A stretch of 64,000 nucleotides of DNA, taken from positions 2,117-66,116 of the forward strand of contig JBATSB010000010.1 of assembly GCA_049293015.1 (NCBI GenBank), in the 5' to 3' direction. Source of the DNA: Ignavibacteria bacterium (GTDB lineage: Bacteria > Bacteroidota > Ignavibacteria > Tepidaquicellales > Tepidaquicellaceae). The position numbers and the translations under genes are program-made. Position 1 is the stretch's first letter; every line of letters starts with the position of its first letter. The notes under the pieces were generated by a model, which searched no databases, was not told the DNA's origin, and worked only from the letters and a program-made list of their open reading frames with translations. Below, piece by piece: positions 16,434-25,185 of the stretch.

Positions 16434-17720
16434 TTATCTTCCCTTCATTCTGTGAGAAACATTGATCCTGTTTTTTTTCAGATTGGCAACGATCTTATCG
16501 ACTTCAGGAATTGCATGATTAAAATATTTTTTCAAACCCCTGCAAAGATAGTTAAGTCCGGGCTCACCATCTGGCGTAAGTATGATCCTGTTCTTTGGAC
16601 ATTCACCGTAGCAATCAGTAAGGAATTCACACTTCATGCAATACTCAGGAAGATAATCAGATTTGGCAGTTCCGAATTTTGTCTGTGATTCTGAAAAAAC
16701 CATCTCAGCAAGATTATTTTCCATTACATTGCCAACCTTATATTCGGGATAAACATAATGGTCGCATGAATAAACACTTCCTTCATTTTCAACGGCAAGA
16801 CCCTTGCCGCAGAATCCGCTGTAGATGCAAACCTGAGATGGCATTCCGAGATGCTGAGCTACAAGAGTTTCTATATGGTTTACAAGAACTTTCCCAACAT
16901 CGCGGTTAAGCCATTCATCAAATACCTTTGAAAGAAAATATCCATAGTCATCAGGATCAACGGACCAATCGGTAACAATTGAATCAGGGTGATCCGGACG
17001 GGCTTCCGGAGATCCGTCTTTTGGAAGTTTTGAAACATCCCAGGTATGAGGAGCTGTTGTTTCAAAACCCTTATATTCTACGATCGGAATAAACTGAATA
17101 TAAGTCGAACCTATTTCACGTCTTAAGAATCTGTAAACATCAAGCGGACGTTTTGCATTTAAACGGTTGACACAAGTGAGTGTGTTGAATGGAACGCGGT
17201 ACTTTTTCAATAGCTTGATCCCATTCATGACAAGATCAAAAGTCGGTTTTCCGTTTTTAGTAATGCGGTAAGCATTATGTATATCGCGTGGACCATCTAT
17301 GCTGATACCGACAAGCCAGTTGTTTTCTTTAAGAAACTTACACCAGTCATCATCCAATAATATTCCATTCGTCTGAAGGTCATTTGATATTTTCTGACCG
17401 GGTTTGGAATACTTTTTCTGAAGCTCAGTTATTTTCTTAAAATAGTTCAAGCCAAGCATGGTTGGTTCTCCACCCTGCCATGAAAATACAATTTCATCAG
17501 CCGTGACGCCTTCAATATATTGACTGATAAAATTTTCAAGTACCTCATCAGTCATTTTCCCTTTTCCGGGACCATCGGGAAGATCTTCCTTGTCGAGATA
17601 GTAACAATATGTGCAGTCAATGTTGCAAGTCGAACCGCCGGGTTTTGCCATCACGTGAAATCTTCTTTGTGCCGGTTGTGTATGACTTTCTGATTGATTA
17701 TAGTTATTATCCAAATTCAT
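16434..17720 (-). CDS. Radical SAM/SPASM enzyme, anaerobic sulfatase-maturating enzyme (anSME/AslB/ChuR) family
   Basis: 428 aa. It has FHVMAKPGGSTCNIDCTYCYY (the CxxxCxxC cluster in the anSME-typical context), GGEPTM, and C-terminal Cys clusters including CMKCEFLTDCYGEC (SPASM). Confidence 0.8.
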   Translation of the reverse strand: MNLDNNYNQSESHTQPAQRRFHVMAKPGGSTCNIDCTYCYYLDKEDLPDGPGKGKMTDEVLENFISQYIEGVTADEIVFSWQGGEPTMLGLNYFKKITELQKKYSKPGQKISNDLQTNGILLDDDWCKFLKENNWLVGISIDGPRDIHNAYRITKNGKPTFDLVMNGIKLLKKYRVPFNTLTCVNRLNAKRPLDVYRFLRREIGSTYIQFIPIVEYKGFETTAPHTWDVSKLPKDGSPEARPDHPDSIVTDWSVDPDDYGYFLSKVFDEWLNRDVGKVLVNHIETLVAQHLGMPSQVCIYSGFCGKGLAVENEGSVYSCDHYVYPEYKVGNVMENNLAEMVFSESQTKFGTAKSDYLPEYCMKCEFLTDCYGECPKNRIILTPDGEPGLNYLCRGLKKYFNHAIPEVDKIVANLKKNRINVSHRMKGR

Positions 17721-17862
17721 TTTATAGTTTAATTTATATTTTAAAAAGATACTTCTGAATTTAGCAGGTCAGATTATCATATCTGACCCATATAGACTTA
17801 TACAATTTCAATTCCATATATAAATGCTCAATTTTAGATTGGTTACTTAATTTGACCATTTT

Positions 17863-17951
17863 GAGCAGTTGATGATGATGTAAAAGTTTGTGAATATAAT
17901 AAGTGAATTTAAATCAAATGTAACTGCAAACTTTTTGGACATCAACTGCTC
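17863..17951. repeat. Long hairpin element (GAGCAGTTGATG..TAAAAGTTTG ... CAAACTTTTTGGACATCAACTGCTC)
   Basis: Read directly. It has the same architecture and AAAGTTT/AAACTTTTTGG core as 9218-9297, but a different, still complementary outer stem. Confidence 0.75.
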
Positions 17952-17963
17952 GAAAATTCATAT

Positions 17964-18000
17964 GAAAAAAACCGGGTAATTATATTGTCCGGCTTTTATT
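17964..18000 (+). repeat. Copy of the conserved terminator module in a divergent intergenic region
   Basis: GAAAAAAACCGGGTAATTATATTGTCCGGCTTTTATT resembles 9151-9187 and 21050-21084, including the downstream GT(A/C)AAATT(T/C)CCGGA. No plus-strand gene ends upstream of it. Confidence 0.6.
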
Positions 18001-18320
18001 TGTGTAAAATTTCCGGATTTTTTCCAAACTCAAATTCCGATTTTTCGCTTAAGATAATTTAAGCTTTTTCAATCCGGTAAATGTAAGGTGTTTCAGTAAA
18101 ATATGAGCTGAATATATATTGATTCTATGATTCAAATCATATGATATGAGTCATACATTACTTAGTTTTATTTGAAATTATAAAAATATTTTTGGGATTT
18201 ATTAAGATGTTTTAAAGAAATTGTCCTGATTAAAAATTTCATGCAATAATTGTTTTTCACTTCAAAAGAACAAATCATTTAAATCCCTAATCATCTAACT
18301 TTGAAAGCGAGGGAAATAAA

Positions 18321-20987
18321 TTGAAAAAATTATATTCTTTAATATTATTGATACTGTTTCTAAACACTGCTGCTTTTTCACAAAGTGAATGGTTTTTACA
18401 GTATGTCGGATCTCTGAAGTCAATAGATTTTATAAATATTAATACCGGTTGGGCTATTGGTTATCAGGGTATTGTTTTAAAAACTACAAATTCAGGAAAA
18501 AACTGGATAATTCAACCAAAAATAAATTCAGGTATGAAATCAGTTCAATTCCTGGACATGAATACCGGTATGATAGTTGGAATCAATACTAATGATAGTT
18601 TAATCTTAAAAACAACAAACGGGGGTATTAACTGGATTCCTCAATCAATTGAAAATAATAAAAATATAAGCGCTATTCATTTTACAGATTCTAATAATTG
18701 GTGGGCAACAATTGGAGATACAATTGTTAAAACTACTAATGGCGGAACCAACTGGATTAATATGCCATACGAAATGAATAACAGCAATTTCAAATCTGTT
18801 TTTTTTATAGATCAAAATACCGGTTGGATAGGGGGAGATAAATTCGATGATATAATACCCGAACCAATTATTCTCAAAACAACGAACGGAGGAACTAACT
18901 GGATTTATATTTATCCCTTCTATAGTGGTGTAGCAATAACTTATTTATATTTTACTGATATTAATACCGGATATGCTTTAGACTTCTATGGTTCGATTAC
19001 TAAATCAACTAACGGTGGAATCGGATGGGATTTTGGTATTAATTCGGATTTATTGGATGGAGAAATCCAATTTATAAACAACAATACGGGTTGGCTGACT
19101 AGTGAATATAGTTCATCAAACGGGAGCTCAATATTAAAAACAACAAACGGCGGAGCAAATTGGTCGTATTTAAATAACACTCCGGCAAGTAGATCTGCTT
19201 GTTTTGTTGATAGCTCATACGCCTGGATAGTAGACACTCAAGGCTATATTTACAGTACCTATAATAAAATGGATTCAAATGACGTAGGAGTGTTTAACAT
19301 TATAAATCCTATTGAGAATTCTGTTCATTATGCAAAATGTACAAATAATGATTCCATTATTCCTAATGTTTCAATAAAGAATTTTGGGCAAAAAGCTCAG
19401 AACAATTTCTTTGATGTTCATTTTGAAATAAAATTTGGTAACAATATTGTTTATCACAGCATTAAACAAGCTACTATTGATGCTTGGGAAACCAAAACAA
19501 TTAATTTCGATCCTTACATTTTAAATTTTGATTTGCAAGCATATAATAATGAAAAGTATAAAATTAATTCTTGGACAAGTTTGGTTACCGATACAAATCC
19601 TCTAAATGATACAGCAGAGTCAGCTTTTTCCGTTGTCAATCCTAATTACGCTTATTCAGATATAAGCGGATATTATTTCTTAAACTCTTCAATAAACGCA
19701 AATTGCATTCCGGATCAGCCTGTATACAATTGGGAAGATACTACAGGCAGTACAAGTCTTATTGTTAACGGACAGGCAGTTGTTCCATTCGCATATTACA
19801 ATAGTTATTACTTTAATGGATGCTTTAGATTGCCGGATGCTTTAACCGGAGGTGATAAATTTAAATTTTTTGGAACCTGCTATGATACAATATTAATTTC
19901 AACCAGCGGGGTAATAGGTTTTGGCGGTATCTCATTAGTTGAAATGAGTTATCCATTTTCTTCGTCAATACCATCTGTTACTGCTCCTCACCCTGCAATT
20001 TTCCCATTTTGGTATTTTACTAATTTCCAGGATCCGGAAATAATAGGCAGGAATTTGAAATACAAAGTCACTGATGACAAATTTATTGTTACCTATGACA
20101 GATTTCCATTATTTAATACACTTTATGATTCCAATGATTATGTTTCATATCAGGTAATTTTAGAAACAGGAATTGACGGCGGCACTGAAAACGGAAATAT
20201 TACTGTTCAGTTTGATAATTCAAAAAGCGGTTCGTTATTCCTGAACAATTATTACAATGGAAATTTACATGAAATGACAATCGGCATACAAAACTCAACA
20301 GGAACAAAGGGTCTTCTTTACAGACGTTCTGAAGCAAATCACGTTGTTACAGTTCCCGGACCGCTGTTCGGTTCTCCCCTTGCAATAAGATTCGGACAAA
20401 TTAATGAACTTCTGCCTGTCGAACTTGAATCTTTTATATCTACTGTATCTGAGAATAATGTAATACTTAACTGGCGTGTAACTTCGGAAATTAATAATTC
20501 CGGATTTGATCTCGAACGGTCAAATGTTAAAGATCAGACGTCAGACTCATGGATAAAAATCGGCAACGTTGCAGGAAATGGTAACTCAAACAGTCCTGTA
20601 AGTTATACCTTTGAAGATAAGAATCTTACTTCCGGAAAATATAAATACCGGCTCAAGCAGATAGATTTTAACGGAAGCTTTGAATACTATGATTTGCAGA
20701 ATGAAGTTATAATAGGTATCCCGGGTAAATATAATCTTTCACAAAACTATCCGAATCCGTTTAATCCTTTAACTAAAATAAAATTTGAGATCCCGGTAGA
20801 TTCTAAGGTAGTATTAAAAATTTATGACAATACCGGCAGGGAGATGAAAACTCTTGTGAATGAATTTAAAACTGCCGGATATTACTCTTTTGATTTTAAC
20901 GGGACCAATCTCGCCAGCGGAGTTTATTTTTATAAATTACATACTGACGGATTCTCTGATACTAAGAGAATGATCTTACTTAAATAA
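18321..20987 (+). CDS. Large T9SS-secreted protein: N-terminal BNR/Ycf48-like beta-propeller repeats, central unknown region, VELxSF spacer, T9SS sorting domain
   Basis: 888 aa with a signal peptide. (L)KTTNGG(T/I/A)NW repeats recur about every 45-60 aa. The C-terminal ~190 aa are homologous to 3..1019 (LLPVELESF...NNSGFDLERS...SQNYPNPFNPLTKI...GVYFY). TTG start preceded by GAGGGA. Confidence 0.8.
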   Translation: MKKLYSLILLILFLNTAAFSQSEWFLQYVGSLKSIDFININTGWAIGYQGIVLKTTNSGKNWIIQPKINSGMKSVQFLDMNTGMIVGINTNDSLILKTTNGGINWIPQSIENNKNISAIHFTDSNNWWATIGDTIVKTTNGGTNWINMPYEMNNSNFKSVFFIDQNTGWIGGDKFDDIIPEPIILKTTNGGTNWIYIYPFYSGVAITYLYFTDINTGYALDFYGSITKSTNGGIGWDFGINSDLLDGEIQFINNNTGWLTSEYSSSNGSSILKTTNGGANWSYLNNTPASRSACFVDSSYAWIVDTQGYIYSTYNKMDSNDVGVFNIINPIENSVHYAKCTNNDSIIPNVSIKNFGQKAQNNFFDVHFEIKFGNNIVYHSIKQATIDAWETKTINFDPYILNFDLQAYNNEKYKINSWTSLVTDTNPLNDTAESAFSVVNPNYAYSDISGYYFLNSSINANCIPDQPVYNWEDTTGSTSLIVNGQAVVPFAYYNSYYFNGCFRLPDALTGGDKFKFFGTCYDTILISTSGVIGFGGISLVEMSYPFSSSIPSVTAPHPAIFPFWYFTNFQDPEIIGRNLKYKVTDDKFIVTYDRFPLFNTLYDSNDYVSYQVILETGIDGGTENGNITVQFDNSKSGSLFLNNYYNGNLHEMTIGIQNSTGTKGLLYRRSEANHVVTVPGPLFGSPLAIRFGQINELLPVELESFISTVSENNVILNWRVTSEINNSGFDLERSNVKDQTSDSWIKIGNVAGNGNSNSPVSYTFEDKNLTSGKYKYRLKQIDFNGSFEYYDLQNEVIIGIPGKYNLSQNYPNPFNPLTKIKFEIPVDSKVVLKIYDNTGREMKTLVNEFKTAGYYSFDFNGTNLASGVYFYKLHTDGFSDTKRMILLK

Positions 20988-21049
20988 GGACATTTGTCCT
21001 ATCAAAATTGTTATATATAGAAACTTAACAAATCCGGAGGGGAAAATGA

Positions 21050-21084
21050 AAAAGCCGGTCAATAATATTGTCCGGCTTTTTTTA
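21050..21084 (+). terminator. Intrinsic terminator after 18321..20987 (conserved module)
   Basis: AAAAGCCGGTCAATAATATTGTCCGGCTTTTTTTAT is almost identical to 9151-9187. Confidence 0.7.
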
Positions 21085-21387
21085 TGTCAAATTCCCGGAA
21101 ATATATTTTCGTACTAATATCAAAATATCAATTTCTATCCGGATTTAAAGTATCAGTACTTCAATGAGAATGATAACTATTATTCAGCTAATAAATGTTT
21201 TCTTTTTGAAATTTTCGGAATTTCCTATTTAATAAAATTTATTAAAATAAATATTTTGAAATTCCCTTTCCTTTTACACCATTACATTCTCTAATTATTT
21301 ACCATTGCGACAAATGAAAAAGTATAATTTCTATTAAGTTTTATCTGAAAAAGAATTAAGTTATTTTTACAACGAATAATAATTTTT

Positions 21388-21891
21388 ATGAAATCTGTTT
21401 TACTTTTAATTTTTTTGATCCTTATTAATACCAATATCTCACAGGCAGATGATGAAACGCCCGTGCAAAAATTCTCAAAAAACAGGATCAAACAACTTTC
21501 TGATGTTTATATTAATAACAATTTAAATATCCGAAATCCTGTAGTAGTAGACATTGATGAAGACGGTGATTTCGATATATTGAAATTTAATGATGAAGGA
21601 AAAGTAGAGTTTTACAATAATACCGGTAGTTTAGAAAAACCCGAGTTTGTTCTTCAAGATAAAAATTTTGATAATTATGAAATGAATACATTGTTCCCTG
21701 TTGGTATTCCTTTTCCGGTATTTCTTGCTGACAGAGATGGAGATATGGACAAAGATATTTTTGGAGTTGTAGAACGAAATAATCAAAACAAGATTGTATA
21801 TGCTGAAAATGCTTTTGATCTTGATCATTATACATTAGTTACTATCATACTTGTATTATTAATTATTATTTTAGTACTGGCAATAGTTTAG
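21388..21891 (+). CDS. Small FG-GAP-like protein with signal peptide and C-terminal TM anchor
   Basis: 167 aa with the motifs VVDIDEDGDFDIL and ADRDGDMDKDIF. The C-terminal hydrophobic segment is YTLVTIILVLLIIILVLAIV. Confidence 0.5.
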   Translation: MKSVLLLIFLILINTNISQADDETPVQKFSKNRIKQLSDVYINNNLNIRNPVVVDIDEDGDFDILKFNDEGKVEFYNNTGSLEKPEFVLQDKNFDNYEMNTLFPVGIPFPVFLADRDGDMDKDIFGVVERNNQNKIVYAENAFDLDHYTLVTIILVLLIIILVLAIV

Positions 21892-21897
21892 AATCTT

Positions 21898-21969
<72 letters not shown>

Positions 21970-21978
21970 CAGCCTTTC

Positions 21979-22059
21979 GCCACTAAGACTCAAAGGCTCA
22001 AAGGCTCAAAGTTTTTAAAAATAAAATTTGATTCCTTTTAACTTTCACGACTTAGAGGC
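21979..22059. repeat. Inverted-repeat element of the GCCTCYAAGRCTCAAAG family immediately 3' of tRNA-Gly
   Basis: GCCACTAAGACTCAAAGGCTCAAAGGCTCAAAG (21979-22011) faces CTTTCACGACTTAGAGGC (22042-22059). Confidence 0.7.
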
Positions 22060-22170
22060 AAAATTTATTATTTAATTTGAGGAAAGTCTGACTCACTAAA
22101 TAGTTGTAACATTTTTAATATGGATAATCTTTAACAATATTAGTCTTTAATTTAAACCTGAAAATATTTT

Positions 22171-24066
22171 TTGAATAAAAGCAAAATAAAATACATAATA
22201 GATTTCGATAGTACGTTTATTAAACTCGAAGCACTTGATGAACTTTTTAATATTTCTAAAACTAAGAGCAGTAAATCAGATTCAGAATTAAAAGAATTTG
22301 AAAGGATCACATCAAGCTCTATGAACGGAAGACTGTCATTCAGTGAGTCACTAAAAAAAAGGATGAAGCTGTTAAAAGCAGACAGAACCCACATCGATAA
22401 ACTTGTAAAAAAACTTTCCGGTAAAGTATCTTCTTCAGTCAAGAGAAATAAATCATTTTTCAAAAATCATTCTGAAGAAATTTACATCATCTCAGGAGGA
22501 TTCAAAGAACTTATAGTACCGGTTGTCGGTAAATTTGGAATTCCAGCAAAGAATGTTTTTGCAAATACTTTTACTTTTGATAAAGATGGAAATATTTCGG
22601 GCTATGATAAAAAGAATCTTCTAAGCTTTGACAATGGAAAAATTGAACAGCTCAAAAAGCTTGGTCTGTCAGGAGAACTTTATGTCATAGGCGATGGCTA
22701 TACAGATTATGAATTGAAAAAAGCAGGGATCGCTCACAAGTTTTTTGCTTTCACAGAAAATGTCGAAAGAGAAATCGTGTCGTCAAAAGCTGATCATATT
22801 ACTCCGAGCATGGATGAATTTTTATATCTGAATAAATTACCGATGTCAATTTCTTATCCAAAGAACCGTATAAAAGTTTTGCTACTCGAAAACATTCATA
22901 AGGACGCTGTTTCAATTTTCAAGGAAGAAGGTTATCAGATAGAGACCTATTCTAAAAGTATGGATGAGAAAGAACTTTGCAAAAAGATCAGAGATGTTTC
23001 AATTCTCGGAATCCGTTCAAAGACTCAGATAAGTAATCAGGTAATTGATCATGCTGACAAGTTAATTTCTATTGGTGCATTTTGTATAGGAACTAATCAG
23101 ATCGATCTCAATTCAGCTTTAAATAAAGGCATCGCAGTTTTCAATGCTCCGTTTAGTAACACCCGCAGTGTTGTCGAGCTTGCACTGGCTGAAATAATTA
23201 TTTTAATGAGAAGGATTTTTGATAAAAGTTTATCATTACACAAAGGTGTCTGGGATAAATCTGCAGCAGGTAGTTTTGAAATAAGAGGAAAGAAGATCGG
23301 TATCATTGGGTATGGAAAAATTGGATCACAATTGTCAGTGCTTGCCGAAGATCTCGGAATGGATGTTTACTATTATGATGTTGTCGATAAATTAGCTTTG
23401 GGAAATGCTACCAAATGTAATTCTCTAAATGAACTTCTGAAAAAGTGTGAGATCATTACACTTCATGTGGACGGAAAAGATTCAAATTCAAATTTTATCG
23501 GAGAAAAAGAATTTAAAACAATGCGTGACGGTACAATTTTTTTAAATCTAAGCAGAGGTCATGTACTAGATATTGAAGCTCTTGCAAAAAATTTAATAAA
23601 CGGAAAGATCAGCGGAGCATCTGTTGACGTATATCCGGAAGAGCCGTCCGGAAATGATGAAGCTTTTGTATCTGTTTTGCAAAACATTCCAAACGTCATT
23701 CTGACCCCGCATATCGGAGGAAGTACAGAAGAAGCACAGAGAAATATTGCTGATTTCGTTCCGAAAAAAATTATTGAATTCATAAATTCCGGTAACACAT
23801 TTTACAGTGTGAATTTTCCCGAGATACAATTACCTCAATTTCAAAATGCACATCGTTTGATACATATTCATGAAAACGTTCCCGGGATACTTGCACAGAT
23901 CAATAATATTCTCGCTTCACATAATATAAACATCATTGGACAGTATCTTAAAACCAATGAGCTTGTAGGCTATGTGATCACTGATATCAAGAAAAAATAT
24001 TCACCTCAGGTCATTCAGGATCTGAAAAAAATTCCTCACACTATTAAATTCAGAATCCTTTATTGA
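22171..24066 (+). CDS. serA: Bifunctional phosphoserine phosphatase (HAD, SerB-like) / D-3-phosphoglycerate dehydrogenase (SerA) fusion with C-terminal ACT-like domain
   Basis: 631 aa. The N-terminus has the IIDFDSTF HAD motif I and GDGYTD motif. The C-terminal part has the 2-hydroxyacid dehydrogenase motifs GIIGYGKIGSQ and LTPHIGGST. TTG start. Confidence 0.8.
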   Translation: MNKSKIKYIIDFDSTFIKLEALDELFNISKTKSSKSDSELKEFERITSSSMNGRLSFSESLKKRMKLLKADRTHIDKLVKKLSGKVSSSVKRNKSFFKNHSEEIYIISGGFKELIVPVVGKFGIPAKNVFANTFTFDKDGNISGYDKKNLLSFDNGKIEQLKKLGLSGELYVIGDGYTDYELKKAGIAHKFFAFTENVEREIVSSKADHITPSMDEFLYLNKLPMSISYPKNRIKVLLLENIHKDAVSIFKEEGYQIETYSKSMDEKELCKKIRDVSILGIRSKTQISNQVIDHADKLISIGAFCIGTNQIDLNSALNKGIAVFNAPFSNTRSVVELALAEIIILMRRIFDKSLSLHKGVWDKSAAGSFEIRGKKIGIIGYGKIGSQLSVLAEDLGMDVYYYDVVDKLALGNATKCNSLNELLKKCEIITLHVDGKDSNSNFIGEKEFKTMRDGTIFLNLSRGHVLDIEALAKNLINGKISGASVDVYPEEPSGNDEAFVSVLQNIPNVILTPHIGGSTEEAQRNIADFVPKKIIEFINSGNTFYSVNFPEIQLPQFQNAHRLIHIHENVPGILAQINNILASHNINIIGQYLKTNELVGYVITDIKKKYSPQVIQDLKKIPHTIKFRILY

Positions 24067-24092
24067 GAACACTCTTTTAAATAAAATTAATA

Positions 24093-25172
24093 TTGAATAA
24101 AATTTATTTTACTCCAGGACCTACGGAATTATATCCCAATGCTAAAAATGATCTGTCAGAAGCTTTGGATAAAAAAATATTTTCCATTAATCACCGAAGC
24201 TTTGAATTTATGGAAATATTTAAAAATACTGTTTCATCTTTGAAAACTTTGATGAATATCCCTGAAGACTTTCATATATTCTTTTTATCATCAGCTACAG
24301 AATGTATGGACAGGATAATTCAAAATTGTTCTGAGAAAAATACATACCATTTTGTGAATGGAGCATTTGCAGACAGGTTTTATAAGACTGCAATTGAGCT
24401 GGGTCGCAATGCTGTGAAGGCTGAAGTTGATTATGGTTGTAGTTTTAATTTTAAAGAAATTAAAATTGATAATGATCCGGAAGTGATCTGCATTACTCAA
24501 AACGAAACAAGTACCGGTGTGGCTATTGATGTTCAGGACATTTATGATCTTAAAACAAAATATCCTGATTCAATTATTGCTGTTGATATCGTAACTTCCG
24601 CACCTTATGTAAATATTGATTTTAATAAAATTGACTGCGCTTTTTTTTCTGTGCAAAAAGGTTTTGGACTGCCCGCAGGACTGGGTGTGTTGATATTAAA
24701 TGACAGATGTTTACAGAAAGCTGAAAAGTTAAAGTCTGAAGAAAAAAGTATTGGCAGTTATCATAATTTTATTTCTCTTTTTGAAAATGCTGTAAAATAC
24801 CAGACTTCTGAAACACCTAATGTGCCCGGAATTTATCTGCTTGGAAAGGTCTGTGAACAAATGAACGCACAGGGAATTTCCGAGATCAGAAAAGGGACAG
24901 AAGATAAAGCTAATCTTTTGTATGACTTTTTTGATTCACATAGATCATTCACACCTTTTGTAAAAGATCCTTCTGATAGATCAAAAACTATAATTGTGAT
25001 TGAAGCAGGCAACAGACAGGAAGAAGTGAAAAAGTTGTTATCGGATAACGGAATAATTGTAGGGTCAGGTTACGGAAAGTTTAAAACAGAACAAATACGT
25101 ATTGCAAATTTTCCAATGCATAAAAAGGATGATGTATTAAAGATCATCAATACACTTAAACATTTAGATTAA
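24093..25172 (+). CDS. serC: Phosphoserine aminotransferase (class V aminotransferase)
   Basis: 359 aa with YFTPGPT at the N-terminus and the FFSVQKGFGLPAGLG PLP-lysine region. It lies immediately downstream of serB/serA. TTG start. Confidence 0.75.
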   Translation: MNKIYFTPGPTELYPNAKNDLSEALDKKIFSINHRSFEFMEIFKNTVSSLKTLMNIPEDFHIFFLSSATECMDRIIQNCSEKNTYHFVNGAFADRFYKTAIELGRNAVKAEVDYGCSFNFKEIKIDNDPEVICITQNETSTGVAIDVQDIYDLKTKYPDSIIAVDIVTSAPYVNIDFNKIDCAFFSVQKGFGLPAGLGVLILNDRCLQKAEKLKSEEKSIGSYHNFISLFENAVKYQTSETPNVPGIYLLGKVCEQMNAQGISEIRKGTEDKANLLYDFFDSHRSFTPFVKDPSDRSKTIIVIEAGNRQEEVKKLLSDNGIIVGSGYGKFKTEQIRIANFPMHKKDDVLKIINTLKHLD

Positions 25173-25185
25173 GCAGATCTAATTT

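Noticed and set aside
21047-21118. 23-codon ORF (MKKPVNNIVRLFLCQIPGNIFSY) preceded by a strong GGAGGGG SD-like motif.
   Set aside because: The ORF consists mostly of the conserved terminator hairpin. In the other copies of that module (9151, 17964) the reading frame is not preserved: one has no ATG and the other gives MKKTG-stop. The SD-like run is probably coincidental.
22079-22090. GAGGAAAGTCTG, resembling the RNase P RNA GAGGAAAGUCCGG box.
   Set aside because: Only about 200 nt of non-coding sequence is available, most of it taken by a repeat element. I could find no complementary P4 strand or other conserved RNase P regions.
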